This document shows positions 12,756-23,595 of a stretch of DNA of 64,000 bases, in pieces (the stretch's first letter is position 1; each line of letters starts with the position of its first letter). This stretch comes from Escherichia coli (lineage in GTDB: Bacteria > Pseudomonadota > Gammaproteobacteria > Enterobacterales > Enterobacteriaceae): the NCBI RefSeq assembly GCF_051903065.1, contig NZ_CP178438.1, one strand, 5' to 3'. Below the pieces are notes generated by a model, which did not search any database, was not told where the DNA came from, and was given only the letters and a program-made list of their open reading frames with translations. Both the position numbers and the translations under genes were made by a program.

Positions 12756-13472
12756 ATGAGACTTGAGTTTTCAATTTATCGCTATAACCCGGATGTTGAT
12801 GATGCTCCGCGTATGCAGGATTACACCCTGGAAGCGGATGAAGGTCGCGACATGATGCTGCTGGATGCGCTTATCCAGCTGAAAGAGAAAGATCCCAGCC
12901 TGTCGTTCCGTCGCTCCTGTCGTGAAGGTGTGTGCGGTTCCGACGGTCTGAACATGAACGGCAAGAATGGTCTGGCCTGTATTACCCCGATTTCGGCACT
13001 CAACCAGCCGGGCAAGAAGATTGTGATTCGCCCTCTGCCAGGTTTACCGGTGATCCGCGATTTGGTGGTAGACATGGGACAATTCTATGCGCAATATGAG
13101 AAAATTAAGCCTTACCTGTTGAATAATGAACAAAATCCGCCAGCTCGCGAGCATTTACAGATGCCAGAGCAGCGCGAAAAACTCGACGGGTTGTATGAAT
13201 GTATTCTCTGCGCATGTTGTTCAACCTCTTGTCCGTCTTTCTGGTGGAATCCCGATAAGTTTATCGGCCCGGCAGGCTTGTTAGCGGCATATCGTTTCCT
13301 GATCGATAGCCGTGATACCGAGACTGACAGCCGCCTCGACGGTTTGAGCGATGCATTCAGTGTATTCCGCTGTCACAGCATCATGAACTGCGTCAGTGTA
13401 TGTCCGAAGGGGCTGAACCCGACGCGCGCCATCGGTCATATCAAGTCGATGTTGTTGCAACGTAATGCGTAA
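12756..13472 (+). CDS. sdhB: Succinate dehydrogenase iron-sulfur subunit
   Basis: 238-aa ORF with Cys clusters for 2Fe-2S, 4Fe-4S and 3Fe-4S centres. Confidence 0.97.
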   Translation: MRLEFSIYRYNPDVDDAPRMQDYTLEADEGRDMMLLDALIQLKEKDPSLSFRRSCREGVCGSDGLNMNGKNGLACITPISALNQPGKKIVIRPLPGLPVIRDLVVDMGQFYAQYEKIKPYLLNNEQNPPAREHLQMPEQREKLDGLYECILCACCSTSCPSFWWNPDKFIGPAGLLAAYRFLIDSRDTETDSRLDGLSDAFSVFRCHSIMNCVSVCPKGLNPTRAIGHIKSMLLQRNA

Positions 13473-13483
13473 ACCGTAGGCCT

Positions 13484-13593
13484 GATAAGACGCGCAAGCG
13501 TCGCATCAGGCAACCAGTGCCGGATGCGGCGTGAACGCCTTATCCGGCCTACAAGTCATTACCCGTAGGCCTGATAAGCGCAGCGCATCAGGC
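13484..13593. repeat. REP/BIME palindromic units in sdhB-sucA spacer
   Basis: Repeated CCGTAGGCCTGATAAGRCGC / GCGTCGCATCAGGC-type imperfect palindromes. Confidence 0.7.
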
Positions 13594-13772
13594 GTAACAA
13601 AGAAATGCAGGAAATCTTTAAAAACTGCCCCTGACACTAAGACAGTTTTTAAAGGTTCCTTCGCGAGCCACTACGTAGACAAGAGCTCGCAAGTGAACCC
13701 CGGCACGCACATCACTGTGCGTGGTAGTATCCACGGCGAAGTAAGCATAAAAAAGATGCTTAAGGGATCACG

Positions 13773-16574
13773 ATGCAGAACAGCGCTTTGAAAGCCTGGT
13801 TGGACTCTTCTTACCTCTCTGGCGCAAACCAGAGCTGGATAGAACAGCTCTATGAAGACTTCTTAACCGATCCTGACTCGGTTGACGCTAACTGGCGTTC
13901 GACGTTCCAGCAGTTACCTGGTACGGGAGTCAAACCGGATCAATTCCACTCTCAAACGCGTGAATATTTCCGCCGCCTGGCGAAAGACGCTTCACGTTAC
14001 TCTTCAACGATCTCCGACCCTGACACCAATGTGAAGCAGGTTAAAGTCCTGCAGCTCATTAACGCATACCGCTTCCGTGGTCACCAGCATGCGAATCTCG
14101 ATCCGCTGGGACTGTGGCAGCAAGATAAAGTGGCCGATCTGGATCCGTCTTTCCACGATCTGACCGAAGCAGACTTCCAGGAGACCTTCAACGTCGGTTC
14201 ATTTGCCAGCGGCAAAGAAACCATGAAACTCGGCGAACTGCTGGAAGCCCTCAAGCAAACCTACTGCGGCCCGATTGGTGCCGAGTATATGCACATTACC
14301 AGCACCGAAGAAAAACGCTGGATCCAACAGCGTATCGAGTCTGGTCGCGCGACTTTCAATAGCGAAGAGAAAAAACGCTTCTTAAGCGAACTGACCGCCG
14401 CTGAAGGCCTTGAACGTTACCTCGGCGCAAAATTCCCTGGCGCAAAACGCTTCTCGCTGGAAGGCGGTGACGCGTTAATCCCGATGCTTAAAGAGATGAT
14501 TCGCCACGCTGGCAACAGCGGCACCCGCGAAGTGGTTCTCGGGATGGCGCACCGTGGTCGTCTGAACGTGCTGGTGAACGTGCTGGGTAAAAAACCGCAA
14601 GACTTGTTCGACGAGTTTGCCGGTAAACATAAAGAACACCTCGGCACGGGTGACGTGAAATACCACATGGGCTTCTCGTCTGACTTCCAGACCGATGGCG
14701 GCCTGGTGCACCTGGCGCTGGCGTTTAACCCGTCTCACCTTGAGATTGTAAGCCCGGTAGTTATCGGTTCTGTTCGTGCCCGTCTGGACAGACTTGATGA
14801 GCCGAGCAGCAACAAAGTGCTGCCAATCACCATCCACGGTGACGCCGCAGTGACCGGGCAGGGCGTGGTTCAGGAAACTCTGAACATGTCGAAAGCGCGT
14901 GGTTATGAAGTTGGCGGTACGGTACGTATCGTTATCAACAACCAGGTTGGCTTCACCACCTCTAACCCGCTGGATGCCCGTTCAACGCCGTACTGTACTG
15001 ATATCGGTAAGATGGTTCAGGCACCGATTTTCCACGTAAACGCGGACGATCCGGAAGCCGTTGCCTTTGTGACCCGTCTGGCGCTCGATTTCCGTAACAC
15101 CTTTAAACGTGATGTCTTCATCGACCTGGTGTGCTACCGCCGTCACGGCCACAACGAAGCCGACGAGCCGAGCGCAACCCAGCCGCTGATGTATCAGAAA
15201 ATCAAAAAACATCCGACGCCGCGCAAAATCTATGCTGACAAGCTGGAGCAGGAAAAAGTGGCGACGCTGGAAGATGCCACCGAGATGGTTAACCTGTACC
15301 GCGATGCGCTGGATGCTGGCGATTGCGTAGTGGCAGAGTGGCGTCCGATGAACATGCACTCTTTCACCTGGTCGCCGTATCTCAACCACGAATGGGACGA
15401 AGAGTACCCGAACAAAGTTGAGATGAAGCGCCTGCAGGAACTGGCTAAACGCATCAGTACGGTGCCGGAAGCGGTTGAAATGCAGTCTCGCGTTGCCAAG
15501 ATTTATGGCGATCGCCAGGCGATGGCTGCCGGTGAGAAACTGTTCGACTGGGGCGGCGCGGAAAACCTCGCTTACGCCACGCTGGTTGACGAAGGCATTC
15601 CGGTTCGCCTGTCGGGTGAAGACTCCGGTCGCGGTACCTTCTTCCACCGCCACGCGGTGATCCACAACCAGTCTAACGGTTCCACTTACACGCCGCTGCA
15701 ACACATCCATAACGGGCAGGGCGCGTTCCGCGTCTGGGACTCCGTACTGTCTGAAGAAGCCGTGCTGGCGTTTGAATACGGTTATGCCACCGCAGAACCA
15801 CGCACTCTGACCATCTGGGAAGCGCAGTTCGGTGACTTCGCCAACGGTGCGCAGGTGGTTATCGACCAGTTCATCTCCTCTGGCGAACAGAAATGGGGCC
15901 GGATGTGTGGTCTGGTGATGTTGCTGCCGCACGGTTACGAAGGGCAGGGGCCGGAGCACTCCTCCGCGCGTCTGGAACGTTATCTGCAACTTTGTGCTGA
16001 GCAAAACATGCAGGTGTGCGTACCGTCTACCCCGGCACAGGTTTACCACATGCTGCGTCGTCAGGCGCTGCGCGGGATGCGTCGTCCGCTGGTCGTGATG
16101 TCGCCGAAATCCCTGCTGCGTCATCCGCTGGCGGTTTCCAGCCTCGAAGAACTGGCGAACGGCACCTTCCTGCCAGCCATCGGTGAAATCGACGAGCTTG
16201 ATCCGAAGGGCGTGAAGCGCGTAGTGATGTGTTCTGGTAAGGTTTATTACGACCTGCTGGAACAGCGTCGTAAGAACAATCAACACGATGTCGCCATAGT
16301 GCGTATCGAGCAACTCTACCCGTTCCCGCATAAAGCGATGCAGGAAGTGTTGCAGCAGTTTGCTCACGTCAAGGATTTTGTCTGGTGCCAGGAAGAGCCG
16401 CTCAACCAGGGCGCATGGTACTGCAGCCAGCATCATTTCCGTGAAGTGATTCCGTTTGGGGCTTCTCTGCGTTATGCAGGCCGCCCGGCCTCCGCCTCTC
16501 CGGCGGTAGGGTATATGTCCGTTCACCAGAAACAGCAACAAGATCTGGTTAATGACGCGCTGAACGTCGAATAA
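13773..16574 (+). CDS. sucA: 2-oxoglutarate dehydrogenase E1 component
   Basis: 933-aa ORF, recognised SucA sequence. Confidence 0.97.
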   Translation: MQNSALKAWLDSSYLSGANQSWIEQLYEDFLTDPDSVDANWRSTFQQLPGTGVKPDQFHSQTREYFRRLAKDASRYSSTISDPDTNVKQVKVLQLINAYRFRGHQHANLDPLGLWQQDKVADLDPSFHDLTEADFQETFNVGSFASGKETMKLGELLEALKQTYCGPIGAEYMHITSTEEKRWIQQRIESGRATFNSEEKKRFLSELTAAEGLERYLGAKFPGAKRFSLEGGDALIPMLKEMIRHAGNSGTREVVLGMAHRGRLNVLVNVLGKKPQDLFDEFAGKHKEHLGTGDVKYHMGFSSDFQTDGGLVHLALAFNPSHLEIVSPVVIGSVRARLDRLDEPSSNKVLPITIHGDAAVTGQGVVQETLNMSKARGYEVGGTVRIVINNQVGFTTSNPLDARSTPYCTDIGKMVQAPIFHVNADDPEAVAFVTRLALDFRNTFKRDVFIDLVCYRRHGHNEADEPSATQPLMYQKIKKHPTPRKIYADKLEQEKVATLEDATEMVNLYRDALDAGDCVVAEWRPMNMHSFTWSPYLNHEWDEEYPNKVEMKRLQELAKRISTVPEAVEMQSRVAKIYGDRQAMAAGEKLFDWGGAENLAYATLVDEGIPVRLSGEDSGRGTFFHRHAVIHNQSNGSTYTPLQHIHNGQGAFRVWDSVLSEEAVLAFEYGYATAEPRTLTIWEAQFGDFANGAQVVIDQFISSGEQKWGRMCGLVMLLPHGYEGQGPEHSSARLERYLQLCAEQNMQVCVPSTPAQVYHMLRRQALRGMRRPLVVMSPKSLLRHPLAVSSLEELANGTFLPAIGEIDELDPKGVKRVVMCSGKVYYDLLEQRRKNNQHDVAIVRIEQLYPFPHKAMQEVLQQFAHVKDFVWCQEEPLNQGAWYCSQHHFREVIPFGASLRYAGRPASASPAVGYMSVHQKQQQDLVNDALNVE

Positions 16575-16588
16575 ATAAAGGATACACA

Positions 16589-17806
16589 ATGAGTAGCGTA
16601 GATATTCTGGTCCCTGACCTGCCTGAATCCGTAGCCGATGCCACCGTCGCAACCTGGCATAAAAAACCCGGCGACGCAGTCGTACGTGATGAAGTGCTGG
16701 TAGAAATCGAAACTGACAAAGTGGTACTGGAAGTACCGGCATCAGCAGACGGCATTCTGGATGCGGTTCTGGAAGATGAAGGTACAACCGTAACGTCTCG
16801 TCAGATCCTTGGTCGCCTGCGTGAAGGCAACAGCGCCGGTAAAGAAACCAGCGCCAAATCTGAAGAGAAAGCGTCCACTCCGGCGCAACGCCAGCAGGCG
16901 TCTCTGGAAGAACAAAACAACGATGCGTTAAGCCCGGCGATCCGTCGCCTGCTGGCTGAACACAACCTCGACGCCAGCGCCATTAAAGGCACCGGTGTGG
17001 GTGGTCGTCTGACCCGTGAAGATGTGGAAAAACATCTGGCGAAAGCCCCGGCGAAAGAGTCTGCACCGGCAGCGGCTGCTTCGGCAGCGCAACCGGCTCT
17101 GGCTGCACGTAGCGAAAAACGTGTCCCGATGACTCGCCTGCGTAAGCGTGTGGCAGAGCGTCTGCTGGAAGCGAAAAACTCCACCGCCATGCTGACCACG
17201 TTCAACGAAGTCAACATGAAGCCGATTATGGATCTGCGTAAGCAGTACGGTGAAGCGTTTGAAAAACGCCACGGCATCCGTCTGGGCTTTATGTCCTTCT
17301 ACGTGAAAGCGGTGGTTGAAGCCCTGAAACGTTACCCGGAAGTGAATGCTTCTATCGACGGCGATGACGTGGTTTACCACAACTATTTCGACGTCAGCAT
17401 GGCGGTTTCTACGCCGCGCGGCCTGGTGACGCCGGTACTGCGTGATGTCGATACCCTCGGCATGGCAGACATCGAGAAGAAAATCAAAGAGCTGGCAGTT
17501 AAAGGCCGTGACGGCAAGCTGACGGTTGAAGATCTGACCGGTGGTAACTTCACCATCACCAACGGTGGTGTGTTCGGTTCCCTGATGTCTACGCCTATCA
17601 TCAACCCGCCGCAGAGCGCAATTCTGGGTATGCACGCTATCAAAGATCGTCCGATGGCTGTGAATGGTCAGGTTGAGATCCTGCCGATGATGTACCTGGC
17701 GCTGTCCTACGATCACCGTCTGATCGATGGTCGCGAATCCGTGGGCTTCCTGGTAACGATCAAAGAGTTGCTGGAAGATCCGACGCGTCTGCTGCTGGAC
17801 GTGTAG
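16589..17806 (+). CDS. sucB: Dihydrolipoyllysine-residue succinyltransferase (E2 of 2-oxoglutarate dehydrogenase)
   Basis: 405-aa ORF; lipoyl domain (ETDKVV), Ala/Pro-rich linker, catalytic domain. Confidence 0.97.
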   Translation: MSSVDILVPDLPESVADATVATWHKKPGDAVVRDEVLVEIETDKVVLEVPASADGILDAVLEDEGTTVTSRQILGRLREGNSAGKETSAKSEEKASTPAQRQQASLEEQNNDALSPAIRRLLAEHNLDASAIKGTGVGGRLTREDVEKHLAKAPAKESAPAAAASAAQPALAARSEKRVPMTRLRKRVAERLLEAKNSTAMLTTFNEVNMKPIMDLRKQYGEAFEKRHGIRLGFMSFYVKAVVEALKRYPEVNASIDGDDVVYHNYFDVSMAVSTPRGLVTPVLRDVDTLGMADIEKKIKELAVKGRDGKLTVEDLTGGNFTITNGGVFGSLMSTPIINPPQSAILGMHAIKDRPMAVNGQVEILPMMYLALSYDHRLIDGRESVGFLVTIKELLEDPTRLLLDV

Positions 17807-17825
17807 TAGTTTAAGTTTCACCTGC

Positions 17826-18000
17826 ACTGTAGACCGGATAAGACATTATCGCCTTCTCCGGCAATTGAAGCCTGATGCGACGCTTAACGCGTCTTATCAG
17901 GCCTACGGGAAGCACCGATGTAGGTCGGATAAGGCGCTCGCGCCGCATCCGACAAGCGATGCCAGATGCGACGCTTACACGTCTTATCAGGCCTACGGGT
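17826..18000. repeat. REP/BIME cluster in sucB-sucC spacer
   Basis: Several inverted copies of the GCCTGATGCGACGCTT / AAGCGTCGCATCAGGC-type REP unit. Confidence 0.7.
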
Positions 18001-18081
18001 GACCGACAATACCCGGAAGCGATACGAAATATTCGGTCTACGGTTTAAAAGATAACGATTACTGAAGGATGGACAGAACAC

Positions 18082-19248
18082 ATGAACTTACATGAATATC
18101 AGGCAAAACAACTGTTTGCCCGCTATGGCTTACCAGCACCGGTGGGTTATGCCTGTACTACTCCGCGCGAAGCAGAAGAAGCCGCTTCAAAAATCGGTGC
18201 CGGTCCGTGGGTAGTGAAATGTCAGGTTCACGCTGGTGGCCGCGGTAAAGCGGGCGGTGTGAAAGTTGTAAACAGCAAAGAAGACATCCGTGCTTTTGCA
18301 GAAAACTGGCTGGGCAAGCGTCTGGTAACGTATCAAACAGATGCCAATGGCCAACCGGTTAACCAGATTCTGGTTGAAGCAGCGACCGATATCGCTAAAG
18401 AGCTGTATCTCGGTGCCGTTGTAGACCGTAGTTCCCGTCGCGTGGTCTTTATGGCCTCCACCGAAGGCGGCGTGGAAATCGAAAAAGTGGCGGAAGAAAC
18501 TCCGCACCTGATCCATAAAGTTGCGCTTGATCCGCTGACTGGCCCGATGCCGTATCAAGGACGCGAGCTGGCGTTCAAACTGGGTCTGGAAGGTAAACTG
18601 GTTCAGCAGTTCACCAAAATCTTCATGGGCCTGGCGACCATTTTCCTGGAGCGCGACCTGGCGTTGATCGAAATCAACCCGCTGGTCATCACCAAACAGG
18701 GCGATCTGATTTGCCTCGACGGCAAACTGGGCGCTGATGGCAACGCCCTGTTCCGCCAGCCTGATCTGCGCGAAATGCGTGACCAGTCGCAGGAAGATCC
18801 GCGTGAAGCACAGGCTGCACAGTGGGAACTGAACTACGTTGCGCTGGACGGTAACATCGGTTGTATGGTTAACGGCGCAGGTCTGGCGATGGGTACGATG
18901 GACATCGTTAAACTGCACGGCGGCGAACCAGCTAACTTCCTTGACGTTGGCGGCGGCGCAACCAAAGAACGTGTAACCGAAGCGTTCAAAATCATTCTCT
19001 CTGACGACAAAGTGAAAGCCGTTCTGGTTAACATCTTCGGCGGTATCGTTCGTTGCGACCTGATCGCTGACGGTATCATCGGCGCGGTAGCGGAAGTGGG
19101 TGTTAACGTACCGGTCGTGGTACGTCTGGAAGGTAACAACGCCGAACTCGGCGCGAAGAAACTGGCTGACAGCGGCCTGAATATTATTGCAGCAAAAGGT
19201 CTGACGGATGCAGCTCAGCAGGTTGTTGCCGCAGTGGAGGGGAAATAA
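18082..19248 (+). CDS. sucC: Succinyl-CoA synthetase beta subunit
   Basis: 388-aa ORF, recognised SucC sequence. Confidence 0.97.
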
Positions 19249-20117
19249 TGTCCATTTTAATTGATAAAAACACCAAGGTTATCTGCCAGGGCTTTACCGG
19301 TAGCCAGGGGACTTTCCACTCAGAACAGGCCATTGCATACGGCACTAAAATGGTTGGCGGCGTAACCCCAGGTAAAGGCGGTACTACCCACCTCGGCCTG
19401 CCGGTGTTCAACACCGTGCGTGAAGCTGTTGCTGCTACTGGCGCTACCGCTTCTGTTATCTACGTACCAGCACCGTTCTGCAAAGACTCCATTCTGGAAG
19501 CCATCGACGCAGGCATCAAACTGATTATCACCATCACTGAAGGCATCCCGACGCTGGATATGCTGACCGTGAAAGTGAAGCTGGATGAAGCAGGCGTTCG
19601 TATGATCGGCCCGAACTGCCCAGGCGTTATCACTCCGGGTGAATGCAAAATCGGTATCCAGCCTGGTCACATTCACAAACCGGGTAAAGTGGGTATCGTT
19701 TCCCGTTCCGGTACACTGACCTATGAAGCGGTTAAACAGACCACGGATTACGGTTTCGGTCAGTCGACCTGTGTCGGTATCGGCGGTGACCCGATCCCTG
19801 GCTCTAACTTTATCGACATTCTCGAAATGTTCGAAAAAGATCCGCAGACCGAAGCGATCGTGATGATCGGTGAGATCGGCGGTAGCGCTGAAGAAGAAGC
19901 GGCTGCGTACATCAAAGAGCACGTTACCAAGCCAGTTGTGGGCTACATCGCTGGTGTGACTGCGCCGAAAGGCAAACGTATGGGCCATGCGGGTGCCATC
20001 ATTGCCGGTGGGAAAGGGACTGCGGATGAGAAATTCGCTGCTCTGGAAGCCGCAGGCGTGAAAACCGTTCGCAGCCTGGCGGATATCGGTGAAGCACTGA
20101 AAACTGTTCTGAAATAA
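19248..20117 (+). CDS. sucD: Succinyl-CoA synthetase alpha subunit
   Basis: 289-aa ORF; start overlaps sucC stop. Confidence 0.97.
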
Positions 20118-20216
20118 ATATCTGTAATAAGAAATAGCCCTCGCCGCTTCCCTCTACAGGAATGGCGAAGGGCTGTCGGTTTCGACATGGTTGGCCATCG
20201 TATGATGGCCTTTTTT
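20118..20216 (+). ncRNA. sdhX: 3'UTR-derived small RNA SdhX (RybD) at the end of the sdh-suc transcript
   Basis: About 100 nt directly after the sucD stop with two stem-loops, the second a GC hairpin plus T-run terminator; position matches the described sucD 3'UTR sRNA. Confidence 0.5.
20193..20216 (+). terminator. Rho-independent terminator of sdhCDAB-sucABCD / sdhX
   Basis: Hairpin GGCCATC-GTAT-GATGGCC followed by TTTTTT. Confidence 0.75.
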
Positions 20217-20352
20217 ATGTCTTAAACGGTTAACCACGGTCGAAATCTGACTGCAGGCTTGACTGCATGACCACAACCACTGTGGATTGCCGCGACCGGT
20301 GATGCTGCCAACTTACTGATTTAGTGTATGATGGTGTTTTTGAGGTGCTCCA

Positions 20353-20628
20353 GTGGCTTCTGTTTCTATCAGCTGTCCCTCCTGTTCAGCTACTGACGGG
20401 GTGGTGCGTAACGGCAAAAGCACCGCCGGACATCAGCGCTATCTCTGCTCTCACTGCCGTAAAACATGGCAACTGCAGTTCACTTACACCGCTTCTCAAC
20501 CCGGTACGCACCAGAAAATCATTGATATGGCCATGAATGGCGTTGGATGCCGGGCAACAGCCCGCATTATGGGCGTTGGCCTCAACACGATTTTACGTCA
20601 CTTAAAAAACTCAGGCCGCAGTCGGTAA
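20353..20628 (+). CDS. insA: IS1 InsA (transposition inhibitor, N-terminal part of InsAB' transposase)
   Basis: 91-aa [25 protein letters not shown]... recognised IS1 InsA. Confidence 0.9.
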
Positions 20629-21050
20629 CCTCGCGCATACAGCCGGGCAGTGACGTCATCGTCTGCGCGGAAATGGACGAACAGTGGGGCTATGTCGGGG
20701 CTAAATCGCGCCAGCGCTGGCTGTTTTACGCGTATGACAGGCTCCGGAAGACGGTTGTTGCGCACGTATTCGGTGAACGCACTATGGCGACGCTGGGGCG
20801 TCTTATGAGCCTGCTGTCACCCTTTGACGTGGTGATATGGATGACGGATGGCTGGCCGCTGTATGAATCCCGCCTGAAGGGAAAGCTGCACGTAATCAGC
20901 AAGCGATATACGCAGCGAATTGAGCGGCATAACCTGAATCTGAGGCAGCACCTGGCACGGCTGGGACGGAAGTCGCTGTCGTTCTCAAAATCGGTGGAGC
21001 TGCATGACAAAGTCATCGGGCATTATCTGAACATAAAACACTATCAATAA
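20547..21050 (+). CDS. insB: IS1 InsB reading frame (expressed as InsAB' via -1 frameshift)
   Basis: Overlapping -1 frame ORF; slippery A-run (TTAAAAAACTC) at about 20603 in the insA/insB overlap. Confidence 0.85.
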
Positions 21051-21560
21051 GTTGGAGTCATTACCGCCGCGACCGACCGCAAGCCACGAATAAGAACGAC
21101 GGCGAATTTCGAATCGTTACCTGATGCACTGGCTTCCCAGCGTTTGACCGTAGCGTTAAGTAAATCAACAAAAGCGATGTTCACCGCTTTTCGTCAAGTC
21201 GTGCCATTTGTCAGCCAGGATCGGGTCTTTACCCCGGATATTGCAGCATCGCAAAAATTCTTAGATGGATATGCTATAAATCAAAAATAAAATCTTTGTT
21301 GATTGTTTATCATAATATCCACAGATATGATAAATGATATCAATTTAATAATTTTCACTTAATGTGATTCCGGATAATTCGAAAGGCGCTGTGCTTTTCG
21401 GATTATTATTATCTGATTAAGATATTTGTCACGCCAGCCTTACTGGTTTATAAATGTCAATCATGATTCTTATAAATTATTTATTGCTGCTTTGGTTACC
21501 ATTACTTCGTAATAAGTAATGTATTTTTGATGGTTTAAACTATTTTTAAGGGACGGCATT

Positions 21561-22153
21561 ATGCGAGGGAAAATACCTAAAACGGAACTGCTGGTGACTT
21601 TTGAGGTCGTCGCACGTCATGAAAGTTATACCAGAGCGGCAGAGGAGTTAGCGTTAACCCAAAGTGCAGTATTCAGACAAGTAAGTGCGCTGGAGGAATT
21701 TTTACGTACTCCGTTATTTTCACACTCTAAAAAACGCATTTTTCTTAATGATACAGGGAAGTATTACCTGGGGATAGTAAAAGAAACATTAAATAAGCTG
21801 GAACGCGATACCAATACCATTATGACCTGGCAGCCTACGGTTCAGGTTATTGAACTTGCCGTTAATCCTACTTTTAGTACCCACTGGTTGATCCCAAATT
21901 TACATGAATTCACAAAGTTACATCCCGATATTATTGTTAATATTCATTCTTTAGCTAATAACGGCGATTTTCTTAATCGGGAGTACGATGCTGTCATTAT
22001 GCGCGAAAATTTTTGCGCGCCCTGGGCGGAAGTAGAATATCTCTTTGATGAGGAGATTTTGCCGGTATGCAGCGGCAGTTTGCTTGCAATGTCCGATCAA
22101 AAGCTGTCAGTGGCAGAACTGCTTACTGAGTTACCGCTTCTGCATCAAAGCAC
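21561..22153 (+). pseudogene. LysR-family transcriptional regulator gene, 3'-truncated by IS903-type element
   Basis: N-terminal LysR-type HTH (ESYTRAAEELALTQSAVFRQVSALEE) and start of substrate-binding domain; frame runs straight into the IS inverted repeat at 22154; about 200 codons of an expected roughly 300. Confidence 0.7.
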
Positions 22154-23210
22154 GGCTTTGTTGAATAAATCAGATTTCGGGTAAGTCTCCCCCGTAGCGG
22201 GTTGTGTTTTCAGGCAATACGCACGCTTTCAGGCATACCTGCTTTCGTCATTTTGTTCAGCGCTCGTACCAGGGCCATAGCCTCTGCAACCTGACCATCG
22301 TAGTCACGCAGTGTCAGTGAACCCCCGAACAGCTGTTTTACCCGGTACATCGCCGTTTCCGCTATCGAGCGACGGTTGTAATCTGTTGTCCATTTCCACC
22401 GCGCATTACTCCCGGTCATTCGCTGATTAGCCACTGCACGGTTACGGTCTGCATATTCACCGGGCCAGTAACCCGCACCTTTTCGGGGAGGGATAAGCGC
22501 GCTGATTTTCTTACGCCGCAGTTCATCGTGACATAGCCGGGTATCGTAAGCGCCATCGGCGGCGGCTGACCTGATTTTCCGGTGGGTTTGCCGGATTAAC
22601 CCGGGGAAGGCCTCTGAGTCCGTAACGTTGTTCAGCGACAGGTCAGCGCAGATGATTTCATGTGTTTTACTGTCAACGGCGAGATGCAGCTTACGCCAGA
22701 TACGGCGGCGTTCCTGGCCATGCTTTTTGACTTTCCACTCGCCTTCACCGAAGACCTTCAGCCCGGTGGAATCAATTACCAGGTGTGCGATTTCACCCCG
22801 GGTGGGCGTTTTGAAACTGACATTAACCGACTTTGCCCGCCTGCTGACACAGCTGTAATCCGGGCAGCGTAGCGGAACGTTCATCAGAGAAAAAATGGAA
22901 TCAATAAAGCCCTGCGCAGCGCGCAGGGTCAGCCTGAATACGCGTTTAATGACCAGCACAGTCGTGATGGCAAGGTCAGAATAGCGCTGAGGTCTGCCTC
23001 GTGAAGAAGGTGTTGCTGACTCATACCAGGCCTGAATAGCTTCATCATCCAGCCAGAAAGTTATGGAGCCACGGTTGATGAGGGCTTTATTGTAGGTGGG
23101 CCAGTTGGTGATTTTGAACTTTTGCTTTGCCACGGAACGGTCTGCGTTGTCGGGAAGATACGTGATCTGATCCTTCAACTCAGCAAAAGTTCGATTTATT
23201 CAACAAAGCC
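22154..23210 (-). mobile_element. IS903-type insertion sequence (IS5 family), 1057 bp, no target-site duplication
   Basis: 18-bp terminal inverted repeats GGCTTTGTTGAATAAATC at both ends; single transposase ORF; flanks TCAAAGCAC vs ATTTATCAG do not match. Confidence 0.85.
22210..23133 (-). CDS. IS903-type transposase (DDE, IS5 family)
   Basis: ORF ending ...KAGMPESVRIA, recognised as IS903 transposase; start placed at the GTG giving 307 aa (longest ORF extends to 23178). Confidence 0.85.
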   Translation of the reverse strand: MAKQKFKITNWPTYNKALINRGSITFWLDDEAIQAWYESATPSSRGRPQRYSDLAITTVLVIKRVFRLTLRAAQGFIDSIFSLMNVPLRCPDYSCVSRRAKSVNVSFKTPTRGEIAHLVIDSTGLKVFGEGEWKVKKHGQERRRIWRKLHLAVDSKTHEIICADLSLNNVTDSEAFPGLIRQTHRKIRSAAADGAYDTRLCHDELRRKKISALIPPRKGAGYWPGEYADRNRAVANQRMTGSNARWKWTTDYNRRSIAETAMYRVKQLFGGSLTLRDYDGQVAEAMALVRALNKMTKAGMPESVRIA

Positions 23211-23581
23211 ATTTATCAGGCGAAAGTGGCCTCTGTTCACTCAGAAACAATCACTCCCGGTAAGTCATACCTGTTTCATCGATACATTTAAGTGATTATT
23301 ACTAATGAAACAATAACATAACGGGCTTACGGTCGGTGCTCATAAAGGCAACAATCAATTAACTTTGATAAAAATATGTTATGTAAAATAGCAACAAATT
23401 GGCTACTCTAATCAATTGGTATTATAAAAAGTTGATTGGGCGGTTCTGTTAAATAAAACACTGGTTTTTTATCTATACCTTTTCATTGTAATAATTGTGT
23501 TGCATAAATATTTCACAATAAATTAACAATAAAATCACCAATGATCTATGGTTTATACATAATTAACATATTTGGTTGGTT

Positions 23582-23595
23582 TTGATATAAATCAA
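23582..23595. promoter_or_regulatory. FNR-consensus box in cydA upstream regulatory region
   Basis: Perfect TTGAT-N4-ATCAA (TTGATATAAATCAA) about 340 bp upstream of cydA in a long AT-rich leader. Confidence 0.5.

Larger units (their letters stand above)
20298..21064 (+). mobile_element. IS1 insertion sequence, complete, flanked by 9-bp direct repeat GCCGCGACC
   Basis: Terminal inverted repeats GGTGATGCTGCCAACTTACTGAT ... ATCAATAAGTTGGAGTCATTACC; insA/insB ORFs; identical 9-mer at 20289-20297 and 21065-21073. Confidence 0.95.

Noticed and set aside
13531-13791. 86-aa ORF in the sdhB-sucA spacer, and the 65-aa ORF at 17884-18081 in the sucB-sucC spacer
   Set aside because: Both are composed of REP palindromes; no ribosome-binding site and no coding-like composition.
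20726-21016. 96-aa minus-strand ORF inside IS1
   Set aside because: Antisense to insB within a well-characterised IS; no evidence of independent function.
21561-22184. Treating the 207-aa LysR ORF as an intact short regulator
   Set aside because: Its last 10 codons are read from the IS903 inverted repeat and it lacks the C-terminal half of a LysR effector domain; called a truncated pseudogene.
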